Below the pieces are notes generated by a model. It did no database searches, was not told the origin of the DNA, and was given only the letters and a program-made list of their open reading frames with translations. 64,000 bases of DNA, taken from NCBI GenBank assembly GCA_964533615.1, contig CAZHMK010000007.1:73653-137652 (forward strand), given 5' to 3'. Origin of the DNA: an uncultured Eubacteriaceae bacterium (GTDB taxonomy: Bacteria; Bacillota; Clostridia; Eubacteriales; UBA1433). Positions 50,602-60,334 of this stretch are shown here, in pieces. Both the position numbers and the translations under genes were made by a program. How positions within the stretch are numbered: the first letter of the stretch is position 1; each line of letters starts with the position of its first letter.

Positions 50602-51312
50602 TTAGAGAACAGAATTAATTACTTCATATAATTCGCTAATTTTATTATTTGTACATTCTGGATAATTTTTTAGAGGGAAGTTAATATCAAGTGTTTGATA
50701 TTTAGATAAACATAGTTTTTTAAAAGGAAGTAATTCTATTTTTTGTAAATTAGAAAACTGTTTTGCGATAGAAGTTATTTTTAAAATATTTTCTTTATTA
50801 TCCGTGAGAGTCGGAACCACTACATGCCTGATCCACAGAGGAATATGCATCAACTCGGTTAATTTTAGGAATTCGATGACAGTATCAAAATTTCCTGCGG
50901 TATATTTAAAGTAATCTGTTTTATTTGAGAATTTTAAATCGCATAAAACAATATCTGTATTTTCAAGAACTTTTTCTGCCCCTTTTATCTTGCCAATACC
51001 GGATGTATCTAATGCCGTATGAATTCCTTGACTGTGTAGCAGAGAAAATAATTCAGAGATAAATTCCCATTGCTGTAAAGGTTCTCCGCCGGATACTGTG
51101 ACACCGCCATTATTTGAAAAATAGGGTTTATACCGCAATATTTTTTTAAATATATCATTGACATCATATTCTATACCATCGGAAAATTTCCATGTATCGG
51201 GATTATGGCAATATATACAACGTAAAGGGCAGCCTTGCATAAAGATAACATAACGAAGTCCGGGGCCGTCAACAGCCCCTAAGCTTTGAAAAGAATGAAT
51301 ATTGCCTTTCAT
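50602..51312 (-). CDS. pflA: Pyruvate formate-lyase activating enzyme (radical SAM)
   Basis: CPLRCIYCHN cluster motif. It starts directly after the pflB stop. Confidence 0.9.
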   Translation of the reverse strand: MKGNIHSFQSLGAVDGPGLRYVIFMQGCPLRCIYCHNPDTWKFSDGIEYDVNDIFKKILRYKPYFSNNGGVTVSGGEPLQQWEFISELFSLLHSQGIHTALDTSGIGKIKGAEKVLENTDIVLCDLKFSNKTDYFKYTAGNFDTVIEFLKLTELMHIPLWIRHVVVPTLTDNKENILKITSIAKQFSNLQKIELLPFKKLCLSKYQTLDINFPLKNYPECTNNKISELYEVINSVL

Positions 51313-53544
51313 TTACATTGCCTCATGAAAAGTTCTGGAAATTACTTCTAATTGCTGTTCTTTTGAAAGTTTATGAAAATTCACTGCATACCCTGATACA
51401 CGAATTGTAAGATTCGGATGTGCATTGTGATCACGATAAGCTTCCATAAGCGTTTCCTTATTTAAAACATTGACATTTAAATGATGTGCGTTTTGAACAA
51501 AGTACCCGTCTAATATTGACATTAAATTATTGTATCTGGTTTCTTCTTCATGACCAAGTGCATATGGAACAATAGAAAAGGTATTAGAGATACCATCTTT
51601 ACAAAGGCTATACGGTAATTTAGCAACTGAATTTAAAGAAGCTAAGGCTCCGTTTTTTTCGCGATTGTGCATTGGGTTTGCTCCCGGTGCAAAAGGCTCT
51701 CCTGCTTTTCGGCCATCTGGGGTCGCACCGGTTTTTTTGCCGTATACTACGTTAGAGGTAATAGTTAAAATAGAAAGTGTATGCTCTGCATTTCGGTAAG
51801 CAGGAGTTCTTTTTAATGCTTCGAAAAATAATTTGATTTGCTCTTGAGCGATTACATCTACTCTGTCGTCATCGTTGCCGAATGTAGGGAATTCGCCTTG
51901 AATTTCATAGTCAGTTATTAGACCGAGTTCATCACGAATACATTTTACTTTTGCATATTTGATGGCAGACAATGAATCGGTGAGTACAGATAGCCCTGCA
52001 ATGCCGAAAGCCATGAGCCTTCTTACAGAAGTGTCATGAAGGGCCATTTGAGTTTTTTCGTATGCATATTTATCATGCATATAATGTATGATATTCATAG
52101 CGTTGACATAAGTTTTTGCAAGCCATTCTCTATATGAGTTCATCATGTCAAGTACTTTATCATATTCTAAATAATCACCATCATAAGGAGTTTGAGCAGG
52201 TGCAACCTGCTGACCTGTTTTTTCATCGCGACCTCCATTCAGACTCATGAGAAGTAATTTCGGCAAATTAACCCTTGCTCCAAAAAACTGCATATCTTTG
52301 CCGACCCTCATTGCAGATACACAGCAAGCGATTGCATAATCGTCACCGAAATCTTTTCGCATTAAATCATCATTTTCATACTGTATGGAATTGGTATCAC
52401 AAGATAATTTGGATACATATCGTTTAAATGATTTAGGAAGATTTTGTGACCATAAAATTGTAAGGTTTGGTTCGGGGGAAGAACCAAGATTGTACAGAGT
52501 GTGGAGGATTCTGTAAGAGTTTTTAGTAACAAGTGTGCGTCCGTCTTGCCCCATTCCGCCTACTACTTCGGTGATCCAAAGAGGATCGCCTGCGAATAAT
52601 TCGTTATATTCGGGAGTGCGAAGATGTCTTGCCATTCTGAGTTTTATGATAAAATCATCCATGATTTCCTGAGCTTGTACTTCATTTATTGTACCTTCAT
52701 GTAAATCTCTCTCGAAATAAATATCTAAAAATGTGCTGACGCGGCCTAGGCTCATGGCTGCGCCGTTTTGTTCTTTGATAGCGCCTAGATATGCAAAATA
52801 TACCCATTGAACTGCTTCTTTCGCATTAGTTGCCTGTTTTGAAATGTCGTATCCATACATCAATGCCATATCTTTGAGATAGCCCAAAAATGTAATCTGC
52901 TGATATAATTCTTCAAGTAAACGAATATTTTCTGTTGTCATTGTATTTGTACCGACGGCAAGTTTGTCTTTTTTCTTTTCTTCAATAAGTCTATCTATAC
53001 CATATAAAGCAACTCTGCGGTAATCACCGATAATACGTCCTCGACCGTATGCATCGGGAAGACCGGTAATAATGCCGTTATGCCGTGCTATTTTAATCTC
53101 ATCTGTATAAGCGCGGAAAACACCGTCATTATGCGTTGTTCTATATTTAAATTCATTTTCAACTTTTTCGGATAATTTATATCCGTATGCCTCGCATGCT
53201 TGCCTTGTCATATTTAACCCTCCAAAAGGATTCACGCCTCTTTTCAAAGGGCGTTCCGTCTGCAGTCCTACAATGATCTCATTTTCTTTATCGAGGTAGC
53301 CCGGCATATAACTGACAAGTGAACTGACATGCTGTGTATCAATATCGAGTACGCCTTCGAAGGCTTTTTCCAGTTCCATAAGCTGTGTCAGTTTTTTCAT
53401 TAATTTTTCTGTGCGTGTGGTAATACCACATAAAAAATCTTCATTACCTTCATACGGTTTATAATTTGTTTGAATAAAGTCTCTTACATTAATATTTTGT
53501 TGCCATTCTCCGCTTTTGAAATTTCTCCAAGCTTGATTATTCAT
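51313..53544 (-). CDS. pflB: Formate C-acetyltransferase (pyruvate formate-lyase)
   Basis: Glycyl-radical motif RVSGYAV and the catalytic CC pair (ACCVSAM). The ATG at 53544 is preferred because AAGGAAG lies upstream. Confidence 0.95.
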   Translation of the reverse strand: MNNQAWRNFKSGEWQQNINVRDFIQTNYKPYEGNEDFLCGITTRTEKLMKKLTQLMELEKAFEGVLDIDTQHVSSLVSYMPGYLDKENEIIVGLQTERPLKRGVNPFGGLNMTRQACEAYGYKLSEKVENEFKYRTTHNDGVFRAYTDEIKIARHNGIITGLPDAYGRGRIIGDYRRVALYGIDRLIEEKKKDKLAVGTNTMTTENIRLLEELYQQITFLGYLKDMALMYGYDISKQATNAKEAVQWVYFAYLGAIKEQNGAAMSLGRVSTFLDIYFERDLHEGTINEVQAQEIMDDFIIKLRMARHLRTPEYNELFAGDPLWITEVVGGMGQDGRTLVTKNSYRILHTLYNLGSSPEPNLTILWSQNLPKSFKRYVSKLSCDTNSIQYENDDLMRKDFGDDYAIACCVSAMRVGKDMQFFGARVNLPKLLLMSLNGGRDEKTGQQVAPAQTPYDGDYLEYDKVLDMMNSYREWLAKTYVNAMNIIHYMHDKYAYEKTQMALHDTSVRRLMAFGIAGLSVLTDSLSAIKYAKVKCIRDELGLITDYEIQGEFPTFGNDDDRVDVIAQEQIKLFFEALKRTPAYRNAEHTLSILTITSNVVYGKKTGATPDGRKAGEPFAPGANPMHNREKNGALASLNSVAKLPYSLCKDGISNTFSIVPYALGHEEETRYNNLMSILDGYFVQNAHHLNVNVLNKETLMEAYRDHNAHPNLTIRVSGYAVNFHKLSKEQQLEVISRTFHEAM

Positions 53545-53759
53545 ATCATTATCTTCCTTTCGATTTGAATAAAACATTTCGGCTGCTCTTTTTAATAGAA
53601 TACACAATATATTACCTTACTTTATATTCCTAATAAAAAGAGCAACAATTCGGTTTTTCGAAATGTTGCCCAGACGGTCGGCTTTTTAGAACTTTTATTC
53701 CACTGTGGTTTTTTCCACATTTTCCCCGTCAGTAATAAAAGTTATACTATTTAGTTAGT

Positions 53760-53788
53760 ATAATAATTTATAAAGATGATTCTGTCAA
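53760..53788 (-). promoter_or_regulatory. Candidate pflB promoter
   Basis: On the minus strand: TTGACA (forward tgtcaa 53783-53788), a 17-nt spacer, then TATTAT. This implies a leader of about 200 nt. Confidence 0.35.
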
Positions 53789-53823
53789 GAAAAACATGAC
53801 GTTATTACAAATTATGCGTAAAG

Positions 53824-53852
53824 TTGACAACATTACGAAATAATGTTAAAAT
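53824..53852 (+). promoter_or_regulatory. Candidate promoter of the pilin-like gene, with a dyad in the spacer
   Basis: TTGACA, a 17-nt spacer, then TAAAAT. The spacer contains ACATTA-cgaaa-TAATGT. Confidence 0.5.
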
Positions 53853-53930
53853 TTGAAATCATTTATAGGGGGCATAATAAAGCGTTAAAAACATCACGCT
53901 ATTATTAATTGCATAACGGAGTAAAAATTT

Positions 53931-54518
53931 ATGCAAAAAATATTTAAAAAATTAAATAAAAAAGGTTTTACGCTTATTGAGTTGATTGTCGTTATATCAA
54001 TCATAGGGGTTATGACGGCGATTTTAGTGCCGACGATTAGTAATATCATTGAAAATTCTAAAGAGGCTGTTTTGGAAGCAAATAGCAGGGGATTGGTGAG
54101 TTTTGTCAAGGCGTCTTCATTAAAATTCGATAAAGATCATATGTTTGCAAACTCTATGGATTCTCATTTGCCGGATTATGAAAGTCAAACTTATTTAAGT
54201 CGATATATTGAAGAATATTTTGAAGAAGCAGGATACGGACAGACAAATTTTAATTTGGTAAATCCATATTCTAAAAAAACAGGAGTACTGAATTATTCAA
54301 ATTATAAATTGAATGAACCGTATAATCAGCAAGCCGTTGTTATTTCTAATAATTCTGATCTAAAGCATAGTTCAACCAATTTATCCCAAGCTAATGGAGT
54401 AAAATATTTACAAGGCTCCATTATAATTTATATAACAAACGGAAGCAGTGATATAGAAATTTATTATATAGATAAAGATGGTAATAAATCAGAAACAATG
54501 TGGAATGCCGACTTATAA
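53931..54518 (+). CDS. Type IV pilin / pseudopilin-like protein (prepilin N-terminal cleavage/methylation domain)
   Basis: KKGFTLIELIVVISIIGVMTAILVP: a class III signal peptide with the G|F cleavage site and Glu5. Confidence 0.75.
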   Translation: MQKIFKKLNKKGFTLIELIVVISIIGVMTAILVPTISNIIENSKEAVLEANSRGLVSFVKASSLKFDKDHMFANSMDSHLPDYESQTYLSRYIEEYFEEAGYGQTNFNLVNPYSKKTGVLNYSNYKLNEPYNQQAVVISNNSDLKHSSTNLSQANGVKYLQGSIIIYITNGSSDIEIYYIDKDGNKSETMWNADL

Positions 54519-54527
54519 GATTATTGG

Positions 54528-55046
54528 TTACGATAACTCTTTATATCTTGTTTGTATTAAAGTGATGATGTCAAAAATATCTGGATATTTATAAGCTTTA
54601 CCGCTATTTAACATTGATATGTATTCATCTATTGAAACCCATTTTATTTGCTCAACTTCAGCATGCTGAAGTTGAAAATCTGAGTAGTTTATATTTTTTG
54701 TTACCATATATATATCCCAAATTAAATTCAAACCGTCATTTCTTATAATTCTTTTTATAAAAAATATTTCGTTTCTTAATATGCGAATGCCTAATTCTTC
54801 ATAAATTTCACGAATACAAGCTTGCTGCGAATTTTCGGCAGAAACGACTCTTCCCGTTGTTAGAGCCCATATACCTGGTAATATGGTACATTGCTTGCTC
54901 CTTTGTTGAATAAGGACTTTGAAGTCATAATTTATTATCCATGCTTCAACGGCTAAATGAAAATCTCCTTTTTTAAGCGTATGACCTTTTTGCATGATAC
55001 GGTTTGTTTTAGTTCCGTGTTTATCGTAAATATCCCAATATTCCAT
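54528..55046 (-). CDS. NUDIX hydrolase
   Basis: Complete Nudix box GRVVSAENSQQACIREIYEELGI (GX5EX7REUXEEXGU). Confidence 0.8.
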   Translation of the reverse strand: MEYWDIYDKHGTKTNRIMQKGHTLKKGDFHLAVEAWIINYDFKVLIQQRSKQCTILPGIWALTTGRVVSAENSQQACIREIYEELGIRILRNEIFFIKRIIRNDGLNLIWDIYMVTKNINYSDFQLQHAEVEQIKWVSIDEYISMLNSGKAYKYPDIFDIITLIQTRYKELS

Positions 55047-55132
55047 ATGGTATCCTTTTATGTAATATTTTATAACCTTTAGATATGATATATCAATACT
55101 TATATATTATATTCGTAACTTGGTTTATATGC

Positions 55133-55168
55133 AAAATAAAAGTATGTAGTACTACATACTTTTATTTT
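55133..55168. terminator. 36-bp perfect palindrome acting as a terminator after the radical SAM gene
   Basis: AAAATAAAAGTATGTAGT|ACTACATACTTTTATTTT. Confidence 0.8.
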
Positions 55169-55188
55169 GATTAAGAGAATATTTATTT

Positions 55189-56547
55189 TCAAGGTCTGAA
55201 TGGTTGAGTAATTTTGCTTTTTGGATTTTCTGCCCATAATTGTTCCGCTATCGGAGACCATGCTTTTGCGGCCGGACTTGTTTTGGCGCATAATGTATTT
55301 ACATCTTCCGGGGATTGCATATCCGTTGATTTTGCATTTGATTGCTTTACCATAGAAGAAAGAGCTTCGGGATTATCCAAGAGAGGGCAGGGACGAAGAT
55401 GATTAGAGTTAAATGGCTGATTATTATGATAAGCTTTAAATAATGGCGATTGAAGTGCTTCAAGCAGGGAAACATCATGAATATTGACATTTGAATAATG
55501 AATGAATGCGCATGGCTCTACATCGCCTGCCGCATTGATGTGTAGATAACGACGTCCGCCTGCAATACAGCCCTGTGTAAATTCTCCGTCATTCCAGAAA
55601 TCCATAGCAAAAATAGGTTTCGTTTGGCGAATTTCTCGTACTCGGTGATACATGTAGGCACGTTGATCGGCTGTGGCCAATAAATCGGTATGAGCATCTT
55701 TGCCGATAGGCATATAAGTGAAATTCCATGAAAATCTGCAGCCACGGATAATCATATCATCTACGAACTCATCAGAGCCGACACTTTCCGTATTATAACG
55801 GTGATAACATGTGGAGTATCCGAACAATAATTTATATTTTTGCATAAGAGCCATTGCGTTGATTACTTTTCTATAAGTACCATCGCCGCGGCGCATGTCT
55901 GTTGAGGATTCATCACCTTCTATAGAAAAAGCTAATGTAAAATTACCTACTCTTAGTAATTCTTTGCAGAAGGCATCATCAACAAGTGTGCCATTTGTGA
56001 AAGCAAAGAAATAACAATCTTGATGTGCATCACATAGGCGAATAATATCATCTTTACGCATGAGTGGTTCTCCACCGGAAAAAATATAGAAATAAACACC
56101 AAGCTCTTTTCCTTGGCGACAAATTGAATCAAGCAATTCATATGAAAGATTATTTTTGTTCCCGTATTGAGCCGCCCAGCATCCTGTACAAGAAAGATTA
56201 CATGCACTGGTCGGATCCATTAAAATTGCCCATGGAATATTACAGTCATATTTAGCCCGATATTCTCTAAGGCGGGCTTCTCCGTTAAGATTTCCGTTAA
56301 CTAGAAAGCTTTCCACAAATTTTTTTAATACTTTTAAGTCAACTTCGTCAAATAGTTTTTCTGCGAAAGTAAACCAGACATTGTTTTCATCTAGCAAAAC
56401 TTTGCGCATTTCTGTTATCTGTGAAGTGTGAATATTCCCACGGTCCATTTTCTCAGCGAGTGTAAGCATTTTGGGAAGGTTTTTTATCGGATTACTTGAT
56501 AAATACCGTAATAATAAATCAACTCCCGTTTTTTTAATGTTTGTCAT
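55189..56547 (-). CDS. Radical SAM enzyme with a C-terminal twitch/SPASM-like auxiliary-cluster region, unknown substrate
   Basis: CNLSCTGCWA (CX3CX2C), SGGEPL, and C-terminal C-X18-C with GDVEPC plus further Cys residues. AAGGAGGAAG RBS. Confidence 0.8.
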   Translation of the reverse strand: MTNIKKTGVDLLLRYLSSNPIKNLPKMLTLAEKMDRGNIHTSQITEMRKVLLDENNVWFTFAEKLFDEVDLKVLKKFVESFLVNGNLNGEARLREYRAKYDCNIPWAILMDPTSACNLSCTGCWAAQYGNKNNLSYELLDSICRQGKELGVYFYIFSGGEPLMRKDDIIRLCDAHQDCYFFAFTNGTLVDDAFCKELLRVGNFTLAFSIEGDESSTDMRRGDGTYRKVINAMALMQKYKLLFGYSTCYHRYNTESVGSDEFVDDMIIRGCRFSWNFTYMPIGKDAHTDLLATADQRAYMYHRVREIRQTKPIFAMDFWNDGEFTQGCIAGGRRYLHINAAGDVEPCAFIHYSNVNIHDVSLLEALQSPLFKAYHNNQPFNSNHLRPCPLLDNPEALSSMVKQSNAKSTDMQSPEDVNTLCAKTSPAAKAWSPIAEQLWAENPKSKITQPFRP

Positions 56548-56586
56548 CGTACTTCCTCCTTTATATATTAATGACTCAAAAGAGTA

Positions 56587-56614
56587 ATTTTATATTAAAT
56601 GACCGTACGGTCAA
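56587..56614 (-). promoter_or_regulatory. Promoter of the radical SAM gene
   Basis: On the minus strand: TTGACC, a 16-nt spacer, then TAAAAT. The -35 box and spacer are overlapped by the palindrome below. Confidence 0.5.
56600..56613. promoter_or_regulatory. 14-bp perfect palindrome TGACCGTACGGTCA (candidate TetR operator)
   Basis: Perfect dyad overlapping the -35 box of the radical SAM promoter. It is GC-richer than the surrounding sequence. Confidence 0.55.
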
Positions 56615-56668
56615 TTTTACTTAAAAAAATATAGTTAGTTATAAAATATATATACAAAGCACAAAAAA

Positions 56669-57391
56669 TTATGTCGAATAATTTTTATTGCGAAGTAAAA
56701 TATCTTTGCCTGATACTAATGAATCAATGATTATCTGGAATGAGTTTAAATATGATTCATGCATCTGTTCATCGCTTAAAGCATTAAGCAGTTTATATTC
56801 ATCATAATATGAAACGAAATTGATCAATGGTATAATGAAAAAGAAAAATTGAAATGAAACCATATCATTTGAATACACAAAGTCACTATCTGCCTTGGCA
56901 ATCGTTTGAATGATAGGGTTATCATTACTGCTTTTAGCAAAATTCATTAGTTGAAACAGAGCGTTTTGATGCTTGCTTCCTTTAAGAGATTCGTGCATTA
57001 ATATTCGTATGGTAGCTCTGTTTTTAAGAGCATAATCGAGCACTGATCTGTAAAATTCATGTGCATTTAGCAAGAAATACTTAATGGCTTCTTCGTTAGC
57101 AAAATGTAGTCTATCTGGAAGTATATCCAGATTGCCGTTATTGATCATTTCTACTACATTCACATGAATAAAATCCATTGTAATTGTTCTTGCGTTTGCA
57201 AGTAATGATTGTACAAGATGATCTAAAATATCTTCTTTACTTTTAAAATAGTAGTATATTAAAGCTTTTGCAACATTTGAAGCAGTAGCAATTTCACTGA
57301 CAGTTGTTGCATTATATCCTTTCTTGGAAAATAACTCAATAGATGCATTTATAATACGTTCTTTTTTTTCACTTTGTTCCTGCTGTAGCAT
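56669..57391 (-). CDS. TetR/AcrR-family transcriptional regulator
   Basis: N-terminal HTH (IINASIELFSKKGYNATTVSEIATASNVAKALIYYYFKSKEDIL). Confidence 0.85.
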   Translation of the reverse strand: MLQQEQSEKKERIINASIELFSKKGYNATTVSEIATASNVAKALIYYYFKSKEDILDHLVQSLLANARTITMDFIHVNVVEMINNGNLDILPDRLHFANEEAIKYFLLNAHEFYRSVLDYALKNRATIRILMHESLKGSKHQNALFQLMNFAKSSNDNPIIQTIAKADSDFVYSNDMVSFQFFFFIIPLINFVSYYDEYKLLNALSDEQMHESYLNSFQIIIDSLVSGKDILLRNKNYST

Positions 57392-57408
57392 ATGTATTAT
57401 CTCCTGAC

Positions 57409-57422
57409 TGAACGTCCGTTCA
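57409..57422. promoter_or_regulatory. Related dyad TGAACGTCCGTTCA (candidate autoregulatory TetR operator)
   Basis: Same TGAnCG-NN-CGnTCA architecture as 56600-56613. It lies between the -10 box and the RBS of the TetR gene. Confidence 0.5.
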
Positions 57423-57432
57423 ATATACTAAT

Positions 57433-57460
57433 ATTATATATCAATAGCGAATTTTGTCAA
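57433..57460 (-). promoter_or_regulatory. Sigma-A promoter of the TetR gene
   Basis: On the minus strand: TTGACA, a 16-nt spacer, then TATAAT. Confidence 0.55.
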
Positions 57461-57710
57461 ATGTTTATTTGAATAGATTGAAAATATTAAAGAAAAATCT
57501 AGCATATAAAAAATTCGACATAAATTTTTATTAAATATAAACATATAGAATGAAAAACTGTTTAATGATGAGAGAATAGTAGCTGAAATAAATATAAATA
57601 ATTCTCTATAAAGAGTAGTAAGAAATATTTGATGTGAAAAAAATGCACTTTTTTTTAAAATTAAAGTAACGAGATGTAGAATATTATAATTTTTTATTGT
57701 TCAGCGTCAT

Positions 57711-58619
57711 TTATAATGTATGGATAACCGATGAGTTATTAAAGATAGATTCCAATTGGTTTATAAAAGGCGCTATGTCTCCGAAGTCAAGGGCACGATG
57801 ATCAAACGCAATGGTGAAAGGGATTATTTTTCGAGTGCCGATTTGCGGTAGATTATTATCTTTGTAGTAAATGCCGGGTTTTTCTTGAAGTGCCCCGATC
57901 CCGATGACGCAAACTTGTGGAGGCACTATTTCCAATAATCCTACAACGCCCTTCGTGCCTTGAACCGCTGAACCTAAATTAGAAATCGTAATCGTTCCTT
58001 GATTCAAATCGTTTTTGCTTAGTCTGTTTTCTAAAGGCGTATTGATATATGCCTTTTTTTCTGTTTTTGAATATCTATGAATATTTTTATGATTAATCAG
58101 GATGCCAAGTATTCGCCCAAATGCTTTAATAATTTTACCGTGCCTTAACTCCTTTAATGTATCAGAAAAACCAACATCCAAAAGTGCAAGCTCGATATTT
58201 GTATTTTTTATTTTTATATTGATGCGATTTATATATTCGGTCATCTCATGTAATGATTTATTTCCGAAATTACGCAAGTTTATAGTGAGCATCTCACCAC
58301 CGGACAATAAAAACGGCATGTTTATATTGATTTCATCTGTAACCGTGATTTTACCTATAACCAGAAAAGGGTTATATTGTATCGTAGCATTCATTTGAGG
58401 AGCGGCTTTGATACCTTCTACAATAATTCTTATTAGGAGTGTATTGAATGAAATATGTGAAGCGTATTTACCAGATAGATTCAGTTTTATATATTCTGCA
58501 TAAAAATCTGTTGCATCAGCTTCATAGACATAAGAAACATGAGGGCTCTTTTTCCAGCCTTCGTACGTTGTACTTGCGATAACTTTTCTTCGTATATTAA
58601 ATGGAATTTCATTGTTCAT
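57711..58619 (-). CDS. Stand-alone 2-oxoacid dehydrogenase E2-type acyltransferase catalytic domain (no lipoyl or E1/E3-binding domains)
   Basis: 302 aa with an E2 catalytic-domain pattern, including the active-site FDHRALDFGD (DHRxxDG-like). Confidence 0.7.
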   Translation of the reverse strand: MNNEIPFNIRRKVIASTTYEGWKKSPHVSYVYEADATDFYAEYIKLNLSGKYASHISFNTLLIRIIVEGIKAAPQMNATIQYNPFLVIGKITVTDEININMPFLLSGGEMLTINLRNFGNKSLHEMTEYINRINIKIKNTNIELALLDVGFSDTLKELRHGKIIKAFGRILGILINHKNIHRYSKTEKKAYINTPLENRLSKNDLNQGTITISNLGSAVQGTKGVVGLLEIVPPQVCVIGIGALQEKPGIYYKDNNLPQIGTRKIIPFTIAFDHRALDFGDIAPFINQLESIFNNSSVIHTL

Positions 58620-58866
58620 ATTTATTTATACGATTAGGCGGATAATAACATCCGTCCTTTTTCTCCTATAATTTTTTTATTTTAAACTTTTATATTTCAA
58701 TAATAATATGATTAAATTAGCAAATATCATTGTTGTTTATTATAATAGATATTTTATTGCGATAATAATGAGTGTAGATTATTGAATGTACATTTTATAT
58801 TATAGCTATGTAGCTCATTTTGAACTTTGGATATACAGAGAAATTCGTTAGGATGTCTTCTGTGTT

Positions 58867-60147
58867 CTACAGCAGAGGTTCACGACTTCGATCTTCCATC
58901 CATAAGAGTGCAGCCAGTCCCAAAATTGCCCCGAATAACATATAGATTGCAGGAAACCATACCAAACTGGTCTTAGAAATAAGCCAGGTAACGATCATGG
59001 GCGTAGATCCGCCGACGATGCCCATTCCAACATTAAAAGCTATTGAATAACCAGAAAGACGATCGCGTGTTGGAAATAACTCAACAAATATAGTCGGTGC
59101 ATTTCCGCTCAGCACAGAAATAAGCACAGCAAAAATTATTTGCGTAATAACGATAGATATCATACTTCCGCCTTTAGACCACAAAAGAAGCGGAATTGCT
59201 GCAATGGCACAAACCGAAATACTTATTGCGGCAAAATGAGTACGCCTAATGTATTTGTCCGATATCCATGCCATGAACGGGATAAGCAGAGTAAATAACA
59301 CAGTTGCAACTGTGTTGATTTTCATAGCATTGGCTAGTGAAAAACTTGTATATTCGCTAAGCCAGGTTGGGAAATAAACCATTGTAAGGTAGAAGAGAGC
59401 GCCATATCCCGATGCAAAAACCATTGCTTGGATAATCTGCTTAGTATTGTTGGAGAAAACATCTTTAATTGGAGCGGAATTCTTTTTGGATTTGACATGT
59501 TCTATAAAATGCTGTGAGTTTGGAAGATTTTTTCTTAATATAATTGCAATGCTTCCAAAAATTCCTCCCAGAAGAAAAGGGATCCTCCAACCCCATGAAT
59601 AAACAGCATCTGTACCCAAAAAACTTGTAATGGACGTAGCCATCAGAGAGCCTGTTAGCATTCCGATTCCGCTGCCTACATTACTCCAGCTTCCAGAAAG
59701 TCCTCTTTTGGAAGCGAGGGAAGTTTCGACTAAATAAGTAACGGAACTGGAGAATTCTCCTCCGACAGATAATCCTTGCATTAATCTCATAATAACAAGA
59801 AGAATTGGTGCCCAAACACCAATACTTGCATAGGTTGGCAATAAGCCCAGCGCAAAGGTGGGGATCATCATAATGATTACGGATATGAACATCGTCTTAC
59901 TACGCCCTATAGTATCACCTAACCGTCCAAATATTACCGATCCTATTGGCCTCATAATAAAACCTACTGCAAAAATTCCATATGTAGAAAGCAGGGATAA
60001 CCATCTTGTCTCATTAGGAAAAAACAATATAGATATGATAGCGGCAAGATATCCATAAAGGGCAAAGTCATACCACTCCATAATATTGCCTATAATACCG
60101 GCGACTATAATTGATTTGCGTTTATTTTTTGGCGAATTTTTCGTCAA
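58867..60147 (-). CDS. MFS transporter, metabolite:H+ symporter (MHS/ProP-KgtP-like) family
   Basis: 12 TM helices, N-terminal GNIMEWYDFALYGY and a GRLGDTIGR loop. TTG start with an AAGGAAG RBS. Confidence 0.85.
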   Translation of the reverse strand: MTKNSPKNKRKSIIVAGIIGNIMEWYDFALYGYLAAIISILFFPNETRWLSLLSTYGIFAVGFIMRPIGSVIFGRLGDTIGRSKTMFISVIIMMIPTFALGLLPTYASIGVWAPILLVIMRLMQGLSVGGEFSSSVTYLVETSLASKRGLSGSWSNVGSGIGMLTGSLMATSITSFLGTDAVYSWGWRIPFLLGGIFGSIAIILRKNLPNSQHFIEHVKSKKNSAPIKDVFSNNTKQIIQAMVFASGYGALFYLTMVYFPTWLSEYTSFSLANAMKINTVATVLFTLLIPFMAWISDKYIRRTHFAAISISVCAIAAIPLLLWSKGGSMISIVITQIIFAVLISVLSGNAPTIFVELFPTRDRLSGYSIAFNVGMGIVGGSTPMIVTWLISKTSLVWFPAIYMLFGAILGLAALLWMEDRSREPLL

Positions 60148-60334
60148 TTTTATCTTCCTTTCAAAAAATAAAATATTGCTAATATTATAGTAGATGAATT
60201 TAGTATTAGTCTTAACGCTTTCTTTAGAAGTAAAAATATAAAAACTGCATTCATGCTATGTACAATTTATTGTTAAAGCTACCGTTTTTTTTTCAGTATT
60301 ACCGTTTTTTGTATTTTTAAATAAAACTGCTTTT

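Noticed and set aside
53853-53930. c-di-GMP riboswitch upstream of the pilin-like gene
   Set aside because: The UTR is only about 70 nt and shows none of the conserved GEMM-I/II sequence blocks I can recall.
55100-55291. Listed 63-aa minus-strand ORF spanning the radical SAM gene's 3' end and the terminator palindrome
   Set aside because: It overlaps the 3' end of a confident CDS and runs through a 36-bp terminator palindrome. It is Lys/Ser-rich and low in complexity, and has no RBS.
60283-60312. Direct repeat TACCGTTTTTT x2 between the UDG and MFS genes
   Set aside because: The repeat is short, has no dyad or hairpin, and could simply be T-rich spacer. No function can be assigned.
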